Part shown: positions 6,590 through 14,536 of the stretch, piece after piece
Layout: every line of letters starts with the position of its first letter
Numbering within the stretch: position 1 is the stretch's first letter
From: an uncultured Anaerolineales bacterium
Lineage (GTDB): Bacteria > Chloroflexota > Anaerolineae > Anaerolineales > UBA11858
Reading direction: 5' to 3'
Assembly: GCA_964544065.1 (NCBI GenBank)
Contig: CAZJBA010000003.1
Coordinates: 1,563-40,296, forward strand
Length of the DNA: 38,734 nt
Made by a program: the position numbers and the translations under genes
Notes under the pieces: generated by a model
Database searches by the model: none
The model's input: the letters and a program-made list of their open reading frames with translations, nothing else
What the model was told of the DNA's origin: nothing

Positions 6590-8266
6590 CTAATTGAAAT
6601 CTGGTCTGTGGCCGGAGCTTTTTCCATTCTGGGCTTGTTCGTGATAGATGCTTAACCACTCCGCCATTTGATCGCGTTCCCTTTGAGCTTTTTGTTCTTC
6701 GACGGTTTGCTGGCGACTTTGAAAACGTTGGAACACTTCTTGTTGTACCATGGTGGGATTGTACACATTGTCGAAGGTGAATTCTGCTTCACCGACATTA
6801 ATCAACACGGTGCCGTAGTTGAGCAGCTTTTGGATAAAATTTTGTTCAACGCTGGTGTTGAGCACCCGTTCCAGAGGCGCCGATTGTGTCCTTTCCCTGC
6901 CGAGCGGTTTGCGGTCGATATCAAAAATCTTCTTATCGGTGACTTTGTAAATATCGTTACTCCAGTCTATCAGATGGTAAAGCCACCAAGGCGACGAAAG
7001 CAGCAGGAAGATTCCCATAGCGGCGAGGGGCATAAGGGCTTTCTGGAGCGGATTTTCTCCAGATGCATAAGCCAATCCCACTTGCAAGACGAGATAGCCG
7101 GACAATCCCAAGAAGATCACAACAATGAGCCAGATTTCTCGCAACAAGATAAACCAATGTTTACGGTAGATTACGTCTCCTTCTTCTTCGATATGAGTTT
7201 TGAGCAAGTTGGAAAACCATTTGGTCAACTTGGAATTCTTTTTTGTAGGTTGGCTTGAGTCCTTGCTTTGCTGTTCAACTTCTGGGGGTTGTTGAAGGCC
7301 AATTACGGTGCGAATCGTCTCGACTCGTTTTTGATGAGCTTCTTCCTCAGCATATAGCTCTAAGCGCTGCCAGTACGCGTTGATCATGGCTTTAAACTGT
7401 TCAGGCCTATCGACGTTTTCCATCACAATGTCCCCCTTGAGCGTTCTAACAACGACATCGGCCGACTTCCAAAGCTTTTGAATATAATCCTTGTTGGTGT
7501 CGATGGATATAATTGCGTTCAGAGGAGCTTCGTTGCGACTCTCGAATAGCATAACAATTTTTTCCAACCAGATCACCCGTTTGTTGGTGACAATATAAAA
7601 GTCGTTGCCCCAATCAACCCATTTCCAGATGGCCCAAAAGATGGAAGGGACAGCGATGAGCAAGCCAATCACCTTGAGGAGAATTCCACCGATTTTTCCT
7701 GGGGATGCTGCCAAGAACCCAGAAGCCACGAAGATAGCCCCAATGGCGAAAAGTGTAAGGCTTGGCAGCAGGGAAGATAGCAAGACATAGATATGTTTTT
7801 GTGCAATCATGTGGATGATTTCCCCCTCCTCCATCCAATTGAATTGTTCCTTTCTGGCAATCCGGTAGCTTCGGGCCAAGATTTGTAGATCGTCTTCTAT
7901 TTCCGGGAAATCCAGGAGCATATGCTGGAAATTCTTTTTTTCTAAGACGAGTGCTTTCGCCCCTCCTCGACATACCCCTGTTATTTTGTGCTTATGGTTG
8001 TATAAGAGGCTTTCGTGTCCTAAAATATCCCCTCTTATCAACGTGCCCACATATCTTTTTTCCCGCCCACGGCCGCGCTCTAGCTGGACTTGACCAGATG
8101 TGATAACATAAAAGTGTTCTGCTGAAGTGTCTTCTGAGCAAAGGACTTGTTTATCAACAAACGTTTTAACCTCGAAAAGTTTGGCGAGATCACAACGCTC
8201 GTTTTCGTCGAGGTCTCTAAAATGCGGAATCGTATCGAGATAATTGGCAATTTGATTGACGTCCAT
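6590..8266 (-). CDS. Membrane protein with an N-terminal cyclic-nucleotide-binding domain and two YdbT-like bacterial PH (bPH_2) modules
   Basis: cNMP-binding-like N-terminus (FRDLDENERCDLAKLFEVKTF...GDILGHESLL...AKALVLEKKNF). Two repeats of a TM hairpin followed by W.DW.ND.Y.VT.KR/K.I (WVDWGNDFYIVTNKRVIWLE and LIDWSNDIYKVTDKKIFDID). Confidence 0.8.
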   Translation of the reverse strand: MDVNQIANYLDTIPHFRDLDENERCDLAKLFEVKTFVDKQVLCSEDTSAEHFYVITSGQVQLERGRGREKRYVGTLIRGDILGHESLLYNHKHKITGVCRGGAKALVLEKKNFQHMLLDFPEIEDDLQILARSYRIARKEQFNWMEEGEIIHMIAQKHIYVLLSSLLPSLTLFAIGAIFVASGFLAASPGKIGGILLKVIGLLIAVPSIFWAIWKWVDWGNDFYIVTNKRVIWLEKIVMLFESRNEAPLNAIISIDTNKDYIQKLWKSADVVVRTLKGDIVMENVDRPEQFKAMINAYWQRLELYAEEEAHQKRVETIRTVIGLQQPPEVEQQSKDSSQPTKKNSKLTKWFSNLLKTHIEEEGDVIYRKHWFILLREIWLIVVIFLGLSGYLVLQVGLAYASGENPLQKALMPLAAMGIFLLLSSPWWLYHLIDWSNDIYKVTDKKIFDIDRKPLGRERTQSAPLERVLNTSVEQNFIQKLLNYGTVLINVGEAEFTFDNVYNPTMVQQEVFQRFQSRQQTVEEQKAQRERDQMAEWLSIYHEQAQNGKSSGHRPDFN

Positions 8267-8318
8267 GAACTCATTTTAACATAAATTTACAGCAAGACTC
8301 AAGATAGGAGTATAAAAT

Positions 8319-9779
8319 ATGCCCATAAATTTTGGAACAGACGGTTGGCGTGCGGTTATTTCGGATACCTTTACGTTTCATAATTTACGTCTGGTCGTTC
8401 AGGCCATTGCTGATGCTATCAATTCGGGAGACTGGCAAGTGGACAAATCTACTCGCCGCAGCATTGACCCTAGAAAGGTTGTGGTCGGCTTTGACACCCG
8501 CTTTCTTTCGGATCGCTATGCCGCCGACGCGGCCCGAGTTCTGGCGGCCAATGGATACACGGTCTTTTTAGCCCAAGCGGATGCACCTAGCCCAGCCATT
8601 TCGTACGCTGTGCGTCATTTGGGTGCCATTGCCGGTCTAGTGATTACGGCCTCCCACAACGCGCCGCGCTACAATGGCATCAAGCTCAAGGCTGCCTACG
8701 GCGGATCAGCGCTACCGGAGCAATGTCACCGTGTCGAGATTTACTTGAATGATAACGAAGAGCGCGGCCGTGGTCCCAACATGATGGATTGGAGACAAGC
8801 GCGCAAATTAGGCATGATCGAACGTTTCAACCCGATTCCGGCGTATTATGATCACCTGCGTACCTTAATCGACTTTGACAAGATTGCTGAGAATCCCCCT
8901 CGTGTGATCGTTGATTCCATGCATGGATCGGGGCGCGAGATTATCAAAGGTATTTTAAAGGGGACCGGCTGCGAGGTTCATGAAATCCGTGGCGAGATGA
9001 ATCCTGGTTTTGGCGGCACCCACCCTGAGCCGATCGAGAGCCATTTGGGCGCCTTAGCTGGCGCTATCAGTACTGGCATAGGCGATCTAGGCTTGGCCAG
9101 TGATGGCGATGGCGACCGCATTGGCGCCATGGATGGGCGCGGTAATTTTGTCGATCCACACAAAATCATGGCTCTGGCGCTGCGCTATCTGGTGGAAGAG
9201 CGCGATTGGCGCGGGCCGGTTGTGCGCACTGTCTCCACAACACGCATGATCGATCGTTTGGCAGCAAAATATGGTTTGCCGGTCTATGAAACCCCCGTGG
9301 GTTTCAATTACATCGCTGATCATATGCTCAAAGAAGACATTTTGATTGGCGGCGAAGAATCAGGCGGGATTTCCTTCCGCGGCAACATCCCTGAGGGAGA
9401 TGGTTCTCTGATGGGATTACTGTTGATCGAAATGGTTGCCTCCTCTGGTACTTCGTTGTTTGATTTGGTTCAAGATTTGCTCAATGATGTCGGGCCTGCC
9501 TTCTACGAGCGCGACGATTTACGCCTGAGCCATCCCGTGGCCAAAGATCGGATGGTCCAATTGCTGCTTGAGGAGGCCCCCGAGCGGATTGGCGGTGAAT
9601 CGATCGAAGACATGCTTTCCGTCGATGGGGTCAAATATATCATGGGGGATGACTCCTGGTTGTTGATTCGCCCCTCGGGGACGGAGCCGGTCTTGCGCGT
9701 CTACGCCGAAGGCCGCACCCCAGAGATGGTTGATTCGTTATTGTCCTACGGTAGGGATGTCGCCGTCAACGTGACTTAG
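8319..9779 (+). CDS. Alpha-D-phosphohexomutase family enzyme (phosphoglucomutase/phosphomannomutase)
   Basis: Active-site loop ITASHNAPRYNGIK. Metal loop ASDGDGDRIG. GGEESGG sugar-binding loop. AGGAG 8 nt upstream of the ATG. Confidence 0.9.
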   Translation: MPINFGTDGWRAVISDTFTFHNLRLVVQAIADAINSGDWQVDKSTRRSIDPRKVVVGFDTRFLSDRYAADAARVLAANGYTVFLAQADAPSPAISYAVRHLGAIAGLVITASHNAPRYNGIKLKAAYGGSALPEQCHRVEIYLNDNEERGRGPNMMDWRQARKLGMIERFNPIPAYYDHLRTLIDFDKIAENPPRVIVDSMHGSGREIIKGILKGTGCEVHEIRGEMNPGFGGTHPEPIESHLGALAGAISTGIGDLGLASDGDGDRIGAMDGRGNFVDPHKIMALALRYLVEERDWRGPVVRTVSTTRMIDRLAAKYGLPVYETPVGFNYIADHMLKEDILIGGEESGGISFRGNIPEGDGSLMGLLLIEMVASSGTSLFDLVQDLLNDVGPAFYERDDLRLSHPVAKDRMVQLLLEEAPERIGGESIEDMLSVDGVKYIMGDDSWLLIRPSGTEPVLRVYAEGRTPEMVDSLLSYGRDVAVNVT

Positions 9780-9804
9780 ACCGGGGACGATCTGAATGAG
9801 AATC

Positions 9805-9844
9805 AAAAAACGTGACAGCCAAAAAAACGACTGTCACGTTTTTA
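9805..9844. terminator. Bidirectional Rho-independent terminator between convergent genes
   Basis: AAAACGTGACAG (9807-9818) pairs with CTGTCACGTTTT (9831-9842) around a 12-nt loop. An A-run lies on one side and a T-run on the other. Confidence 0.8.
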
Positions 9845-9867
9845 CTTTGCTACAAGCGTTCAAAATC

Positions 9868-10611
9868 CTAGAGGAGCATCTCTTTCATTTTCTTTTCGTC
9901 CCAATTGACCACAATAGTGCCGTTGATGTCAAAGGTGGGGGTAACGAGCTTGCCATTGGCCCACTCGCGCACCTTTTCGGCCGCGTCCATGTGGCGAGTC
10001 ACGTCTACCTCGACGTACTCAATACCGTGATGCGCCAACCAGGCGCGCGCTTTTCGGCAATCGGGACACCACCGGTTGCAATACATCGTGATGTCGGCCT
10101 CTTCGGGTACCTCTTGCTTTTCTTGTTGCTCGATCGGTGTCAGTTCTACCTCCGGCTGGATGCGATCAATTTCAGCGAAAAGGACCTCATTGCTGGGTTG
10201 ATCATCAATATCGTGAATGTCGATGTATTGAATGATGCCCTCTTTGTCGATGATGAAGATCGCCCGCTCGGTGTATCCCTCCGAGCGAAGCACGCCGTAC
10301 AACTTAGCCACCTCGCCGTGGGGCCAGAAATCGCTCATCAGCGGGTAAGAAATCCCGCCGAGGCTATCGGCCCACGCTTGTAAGCAGGGAATATGATCTA
10401 CGCTGATGCCCAGAACCTGGACATTTCTTTCCGCAAACTTGGCATAGTCTGCCTCGTAAGACGGAATTTGGTTCGTTCAAACCGGAGTCCAGGCCAAGGG
10501 GAAAAATACCAGCACGGTGGTTTTTCCCTCCAGGTCGCTCAAAGTCACGTCCTTATCCAGGTGACTGGATAAGGTGAAATCTGGGGCTTTGTCGCCCACG
10601 TTTAGTGTCAT
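9868..10611 (-). CDS. AhpE-like 1-Cys peroxiredoxin fused to a glutaredoxin/NrdH-like domain; in-frame TGA (10477-10479) at the peroxidatic position, predicted selenocysteine
   Basis: The ORF track shows only the part after the TGA (9868..10338). Translating from ATG 10611 gives MTLNVGDKAPDFTLSSHLDKDVTLSDLEGKTTVLVFFPLAWTPV[TGA]TNQIPSYEADYAKFAERNVQVLGISVDHIPCLQAWADSLGGISYPLMSDFWPHG..., in frame with the listed ORF. The TGA is codon 45, where Prx proteins have the catalytic Cys (FFPLAFT..C). The C-terminal domain has MYCNRWCPDCRKA (CxxC). Confidence 0.75.
10429..10466 (-). promoter_or_regulatory. Candidate bacterial SECIS hairpin downstream of the in-frame UGA
   Basis: On the mRNA, the lower stem is UUCCGU (10466-10461) with GCGGAA (10434-10429). 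The upper stem is GGCA (10453-10450) with UGCC (10444-10441). The apical loop GACUA starts 28 nt after the UGA and begins with G. Hand-folded only. Confidence 0.4.
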
Positions 10612-10635
10612 AATAGTTACCTTTCTTGGCTTGAA

Positions 10636-10665
10636 TTTTTACCAATATCTTCAGTTTCTTCTCAA
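10636..10665 (-). promoter_or_regulatory. Putative promoter of the peroxiredoxin gene (TTGAGA - 18 nt - TGgTAAAAA)
   Basis: On the minus strand: TTGAGA (10665-10660), an 18-nt spacer, and extended -10 TGG TAAAAA (10644-10636). AAGAAAGG lies upstream of the ATG at 10611. The -35 lies inside the 22-nt repeat motif. Confidence 0.4.
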
Positions 10666-10746
10666 AGAAGCGAGGACGAACGCCGTTCCTGCGGGCAAAA
10701 CGAGCGGATAACAAATTCTGATGAAGGAACGGCGTTCGTTTTCTCC
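10655..10746. repeat. Copy B of the ~90-nt structured intergenic element
   Basis: Perfect 15-bp arms: 10676-10690 ACGAACGCCGTTCCT and 10725-10739 AGGAACGGCGTTCGT, followed by TTTTC. It lies between the rsmG stop (10774) and the peroxiredoxin start (10611), in the same orientation as copy A. Confidence 0.8.
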
Positions 10747-10773
10747 AAAATATTGAGATGATGCTATCTGCTT

Positions 10774-11484
10774 TTACAAAGGTCGTTTCGACGGAATCCC
10801 CACTCGGCGGGGATATTTGTCCGGCGTAGTCGCCACTTTTTCGATCACCACCAGGTAGCGTTGCTCCACCACGCCCGGCAACGTCACAGGGATCAAACGT
10901 TGCAAATGGCCTCCCAACATGCTGATGGCCTCTTCGGCCGAGTGGGCTTCGGCGGGGCCTGTTTCACCTTTCATGGCCAAGACGCCGCCGCCCACCCGCA
11001 CCAACGGGAGCAGATACTCCATCAGAATGGGCATTAGAGCCACGGATCGGGCAATGGCCCAATCAAATTGTTCTCGAAAAGCGCTGTCCTTGCCTACTTT
11101 TTCGACACGCTCCCGGACGATCTCAACCCCCTCCAGCGAGAGGGTTTCGGTGATGTGTCGGCAAAAGTCGACTTTCTTGGCGACCGATTCGACCAATGTC
11201 AGCCTGATTTGGGGGCATAAAATTTTCAGCGCCAGCCCGGGGAATCCGGCCCCGGTACCCACGTCCACAACATGTTGCATAGGTGTATCCCGCAAGGCCA
11301 GGTAGGCGCTGAGCGAGTCTAAAAAATGCTTGATGCGCACTTTTTCGGGATCGTCAATCGCGGTCAGGCTGTAGCGCTGATTCCATTTGCTTAACTCTTC
11401 GGCGTACACCCGCATGGCTGCCACTTGCTGATCGTTGAGATTGATGCCAGCCAGGGCTTTGAATTCGGGGATTAATTCCTTCAT
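10774..11484 (-). CDS. rsmG: 16S rRNA (guanine527-N7)-methyltransferase RsmG (GidB)
   Basis: MKELIPEFKALAG...NLTAI-type segment (RYSLTAIDDPEKVRIKHFLDSL). SAM motif VVDVGTGAGFPGLALKI. I use ATG 11484 rather than 11517. Confidence 0.9.
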   Translation of the reverse strand: MKELIPEFKALAGINLNDQQVAAMRVYAEELSKWNQRYSLTAIDDPEKVRIKHFLDSLSAYLALRDTPMQHVVDVGTGAGFPGLALKILCPQIRLTLVESVAKKVDFCRHITETLSLEGVEIVRERVEKVGKDSAFREQFDWAIARSVALMPILMEYLLPLVRVGGGVLAMKGETGPAEAHSAEEAISMLGGHLQRLIPVTLPGVVEQRYLVVIEKVATTPDKYPRRVGIPSKRPL

Positions 11485-11490
11485 GAGACA

Positions 11491-11519
11491 ATTATACTGG
11501 CTGGGGGGATGAATCACAA
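11491..11519 (-). promoter_or_regulatory. Sigma70-like promoter placed for a leaderless rsmG mRNA (TTGTGA - 17 - TATAAT - 6 nt - ATG)
   Basis: On the minus strand: -35 TTGTGA (11519-11514), a 17-nt spacer, -10 TATAAT (11496-11491). Then TGTCTC and the ATG at 11484. There is no Shine-Dalgarno sequence. Confidence 0.55.
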
Positions 11520-11605
11520 CCGGAAACGGAAGCCGCCTCGAGGGGAGTCCCGTTCATCCGGCCCGGAGAATCAGACTCCCTCGCAGCAGGCTTCCGTTAA
11601 AAGGA

Positions 11606-11635
11606 CGATCCGACTCCCGTGGGGGAGCCGGATCG
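11606..11635 (-). terminator. Rho-independent terminator after the DUF4349 gene
   Basis: CGATCCGaCTCCC / GGGAGcCGGATCG forms a 12-bp stem with one mismatch. On the minus-strand RNA it is followed by UCCUUUU. It starts 12 nt after the stop at 11648. Confidence 0.6.
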
Positions 11636-11647
11636 CGTCGCTTTCGA

Positions 11648-12610
11648 TCAGTTCTCATCCTCAGGTTCGGGATTCTCCTGCTCCTGATCGTTTTGTTTCT
11701 TCTTCTTGCTTCGCCGGAACAACCAAATCACGCCGCGGATGAACAGCCAGATGGGCACGCCGATCAGGATCAAAACGGGCGCCACGAAAATGATCAGCCA
11801 AATGGCCGCGTTGATCAGGAATTGGACCGCGTTGATCAGGGCTTCGAGCGCGTTTTTGACTACCCCGACCGGTTGCCAGCCGCCAATCTGGAGGGGCTGG
11901 TCGGCCTCATCGGCGATGATGTCAACCTGGATGGATGAAAAGGCGGCAGCCTGCTCGTAATATTGCATCTGCCCCTTGATCACTTCGATTTCCTCGCGCA
12001 CCTGGACGAGATTATTGTAAACCTGGAGAACATCCTCGGTCTTGCGGGCATCCTCCATGATCTCGGTCAACTGGGCTTCGGCGGCCTCCAGATTGCGCAG
12101 TCGAGACTGTAAGTCGGTGTATTCGCGGGTGACATCTTCGCCGGAGACGTTTTCCGAGCGCACGGTGCCCGCGCCGGTCTTGATTTGATCCAGGGCCTCG
12201 TCGAGATATTTTGCCGGAACGCGTATGGTCACAGATGCCTGTGGCACGGTGGCACCGCCTTGGAGCGTGGTTTGCCAAAGGTTGGACGAGACGACAAAGC
12301 CATCCATCTCCTCGGCCATAGCCATGATCTCATCCAAGGTTTGGGCCGGGTCTTTGACCACAATCGAGAGGTTGGCGTTTTTGATGACCATACGATTGGC
12401 CGCGGCGGTGGAAGTATCGTCGGCTGACCAGGCTGTGTCTCCTTCCGGAGCGGCGGGCGCTTCCATCTCAACGGAACTCTCTACAGCCGCGTCACCTCCA
12501 TAGCCGGCTACTTCTTCTCGGGCCACCATCGGCTCGGCAGCGTATTGGGCCGCTCCGCATCCGGTTAAGAGCAATAAGGCCAAAGATAGGGCAAGAATCG
12601 TTTTTTGCAT
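11648..12610 (-). CDS. DUF4349-family lipoprotein with coiled coil and C-terminal TM anchor
   Basis: Lipobox LLLLTGC. RMVIKNANLSIVVKDP...VTIRVPAKYLDEALDQIK...GEDVTREYTDLQSRLRNLEAAEAQL is typical of DUF4349. There is a C-terminal hydrophobic helix. GGAG lies upstream. Confidence 0.75.
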   Translation of the reverse strand: MQKTILALSLALLLLTGCGAAQYAAEPMVAREEVAGYGGDAAVESSVEMEAPAAPEGDTAWSADDTSTAAANRMVIKNANLSIVVKDPAQTLDEIMAMAEEMDGFVVSSNLWQTTLQGGATVPQASVTIRVPAKYLDEALDQIKTGAGTVRSENVSGEDVTREYTDLQSRLRNLEAAEAQLTEIMEDARKTEDVLQVYNNLVQVREEIEVIKGQMQYYEQAAAFSSIQVDIIADEADQPLQIGGWQPVGVVKNALEALINAVQFLINAAIWLIIFVAPVLILIGVPIWLFIRGVIWLFRRSKKKKQNDQEQENPEPEDEN

Positions 12611-12707
12611 TTTCGTACTCCTTCTTTCAGAACTAGGTACCGAATCGTCATCCTTATAACGTCAAAAATGGGAGAAAAGTTCCCAAAACTCGATCCAATC
12701 TTGTAAC

Positions 12708-13436
12708 CTACCAACCTGCGCTCAAGCGGTCGATATGGCGTTGAGGCAGATTAACCTCTCGCATTCGTTCCTGGACGGCGGCAATATCATAGGCAACCCG
12801 GCGAAACTCGATTGTCTTTTGTTCGTTGTCGACAAGGGCATAGGCCGACCTGGGATTGCGGTCACGAGGTTGCCCCACCGAGCCAGGATTGATGATCATA
12901 CGGTCTTGTAACTCGATGGTTTGATTCTCTTCCGGAATGATCAATTCGACACGCGAGTCGTTGGATTCGGTTCGAAAAACGGTGGGAAGGTGAGAATGGC
13001 CTACAAAGCTATACGGCGTCGATAGGAAATTGAAATTCTCCCATGCGGTGCGTGTGTTGATGATGTATTCCCACACGGGCTGGCGGGGACTGCCGTGAGC
13101 CAGGGTGGTGTCCCCTTTGACGGCATGGGTGGGCAACCCGCGCAAGAACTCCAAATTCTTGGATGAAATATGCTTTTGCGTCCAACGAAGCGCCCGGCGT
13201 GCTTCGATATTGAAGGTGTCGATCTCGATTTTTCCCATGGTGGCCATATCGTGATTGCCGACCAGGGCTGTCAGGTTAGACAAAGAGCGCACCCGCCGGA
13301 TGCATCGGTTGGGGTCCGGGCCATAGCCAACCAGGTCTCCCAGAAACCAGACGGCATCAAACGAGCCAGCATCGTCCAGAACAGCTTCCAACGCGGTCAA
13401 GTTAGCGTGAATATCGGAGAGGAGCAATACCTTCAT
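12708..13436 (-). CDS. Metallophosphoesterase (calcineurin-like, YfcE/MJ0936-type)
   Basis: Motifs MKVLLLSDIHAN, FLGDLVGYGP, GNHD, GHSH and a GSVGQPRD-type C-terminal motif. Confidence 0.85.
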   Translation of the reverse strand: MKVLLLSDIHANLTALEAVLDDAGSFDAVWFLGDLVGYGPDPNRCIRRVRSLSNLTALVGNHDMATMGKIEIDTFNIEARRALRWTQKHISSKNLEFLRGLPTHAVKGDTTLAHGSPRQPVWEYIINTRTAWENFNFLSTPYSFVGHSHLPTVFRTESNDSRVELIIPEENQTIELQDRMIINPGSVGQPRDRNPRSAYALVDNEQKTIEFRRVAYDIAAVQERMREVNLPQRHIDRLSAGW

Positions 13437-13591
13437 GCGTATAATGTTAACACAAAATTAAGCGAATGGGAGTTTTTTTCCACGGGAAGGCGAAATTCCG
13501 AGCTGTGCATCCTCCGAATTTATTGTCCGAGAAAAGCGCTGCGACGAAATGTATACCTAAATCACGCTTTACCTTGGCGGTGCTTCGCGTT

Positions 13592-14509
13592 ATGATCAAG
13601 GACAATGATGAAAAATGGAGTATCGGTTTGAAATCACATCCCGCCCCTAATATCCTCTTGCTTGGTACCTTGTTCGGCACGACCCTGGTCGCCTCTCGAT
13701 TCAGCATCGGCTTGATGGCCCCGTTGACCTACGTCGGCTTGCGGCTCGGCTTTGCCAGTCTTCTGTTTATGGGCATCTACTCCCTATCCATTGGAGGCCG
13801 CGCCTGGTCTCGCGACCCCCTGCTCTGGCGAAGGGCTGTCATCCTGGGCGTTTTTGGAACCGCCGTACCGATGATCTCTTTCACCACGGCGATGCAGTAT
13901 CAGTCCAGCGGCGTCACCTCGGTGCTGATCACGGTTTCACCCGCGCTTACGGCCGTGTTGGCCCATTTCATGCTGCCCGATGAACCCCTAGACTTGCGCA
14001 AAGGGATAGGTGTCGCCTTGGCCTTTATCGGCGCCTTGATTCTGGCCATCCGCGGTGAAAGCGGCTTGCCGGGATTGTCCAAAGCCAGCCCGATCGGTTA
14101 CGGACTGGTCTTCTTTGCGATCACCTGCACCAGTTCGATGAACATCTTCATCCGCAAAAAGATGCGCGAGTATTCTTCTTTCGATGTGGCCGCCATCCGG
14201 ATTGTCACCGCAGCCATCATTATTCTGCCTTTGTCCGTGTGGTTGTCTCGCTTCGACATTTCCGGCGTCGGTCAGGGCGGCTGGGTGATCGTTCTTTATG
14301 CCGCTGTCGTCGGGACATTTTTTGCCATGCTGCTAGATTTTGCCAACACCAAACGGTTTGGCGCCACCGTGGCGGTGATGGTAACCTATGTGATCCCGAT
14401 TGTGACCCTGCTGATTGGCGCGTTGATGCTCGACGAAGCCATCACCATGGTGATGGTCATCGGGATGAGTTTCATCATCGCTGGTATCTGGCTGATCACC
14501 CGCAAGTAA
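13592..14509 (+). CDS. DMT superfamily (EamA-type) transporter
   Basis: About ten hydrophobic helices in two EamA-like halves. I chose the start at ATG 13592 so that about 20 aa precede TM1. The ORF-track start at 13466 is possible but adds a non-hydrophobic basic leader. Confidence 0.8.
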   Translation: MIKDNDEKWSIGLKSHPAPNILLLGTLFGTTLVASRFSIGLMAPLTYVGLRLGFASLLFMGIYSLSIGGRAWSRDPLLWRRAVILGVFGTAVPMISFTTAMQYQSSGVTSVLITVSPALTAVLAHFMLPDEPLDLRKGIGVALAFIGALILAIRGESGLPGLSKASPIGYGLVFFAITCTSSMNIFIRKKMREYSSFDVAAIRIVTAAIIILPLSVWLSRFDISGVGQGGWVIVLYAAVVGTFFAMLLDFANTKRFGATVAVMVTYVIPIVTLLIGALMLDEAITMVMVIGMSFIIAGIWLITRK

Positions 14510-14536
14510 AACCACCCGAAAATAGCGACTCGATTG

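Noticed and set aside
10477-10479. In-frame TGA read as a pseudogene or sequencing error in the peroxiredoxin gene
   Set aside because: This is not fully excluded. I judge it less likely for four reasons. The stop falls exactly on the catalytic Cys codon. The frame is otherwise intact on both sides. TGA is one transition from TGC/TGT, as expected for Sec/Cys pairs. A SECIS-like hairpin follows at a suitable distance.
11540-11583. Second hairpin GAGGG(G)AGTC...GACTCCCTC upstream of rsmG. It shares a GACTCCC word with the 11606-11635 terminator
   Set aside because: It is real as a sequence feature, but it appears only once. It lies between a terminator and the rsmG promoter, has no U-tail, and has no related copies in the window. 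That is too little to assign a function.
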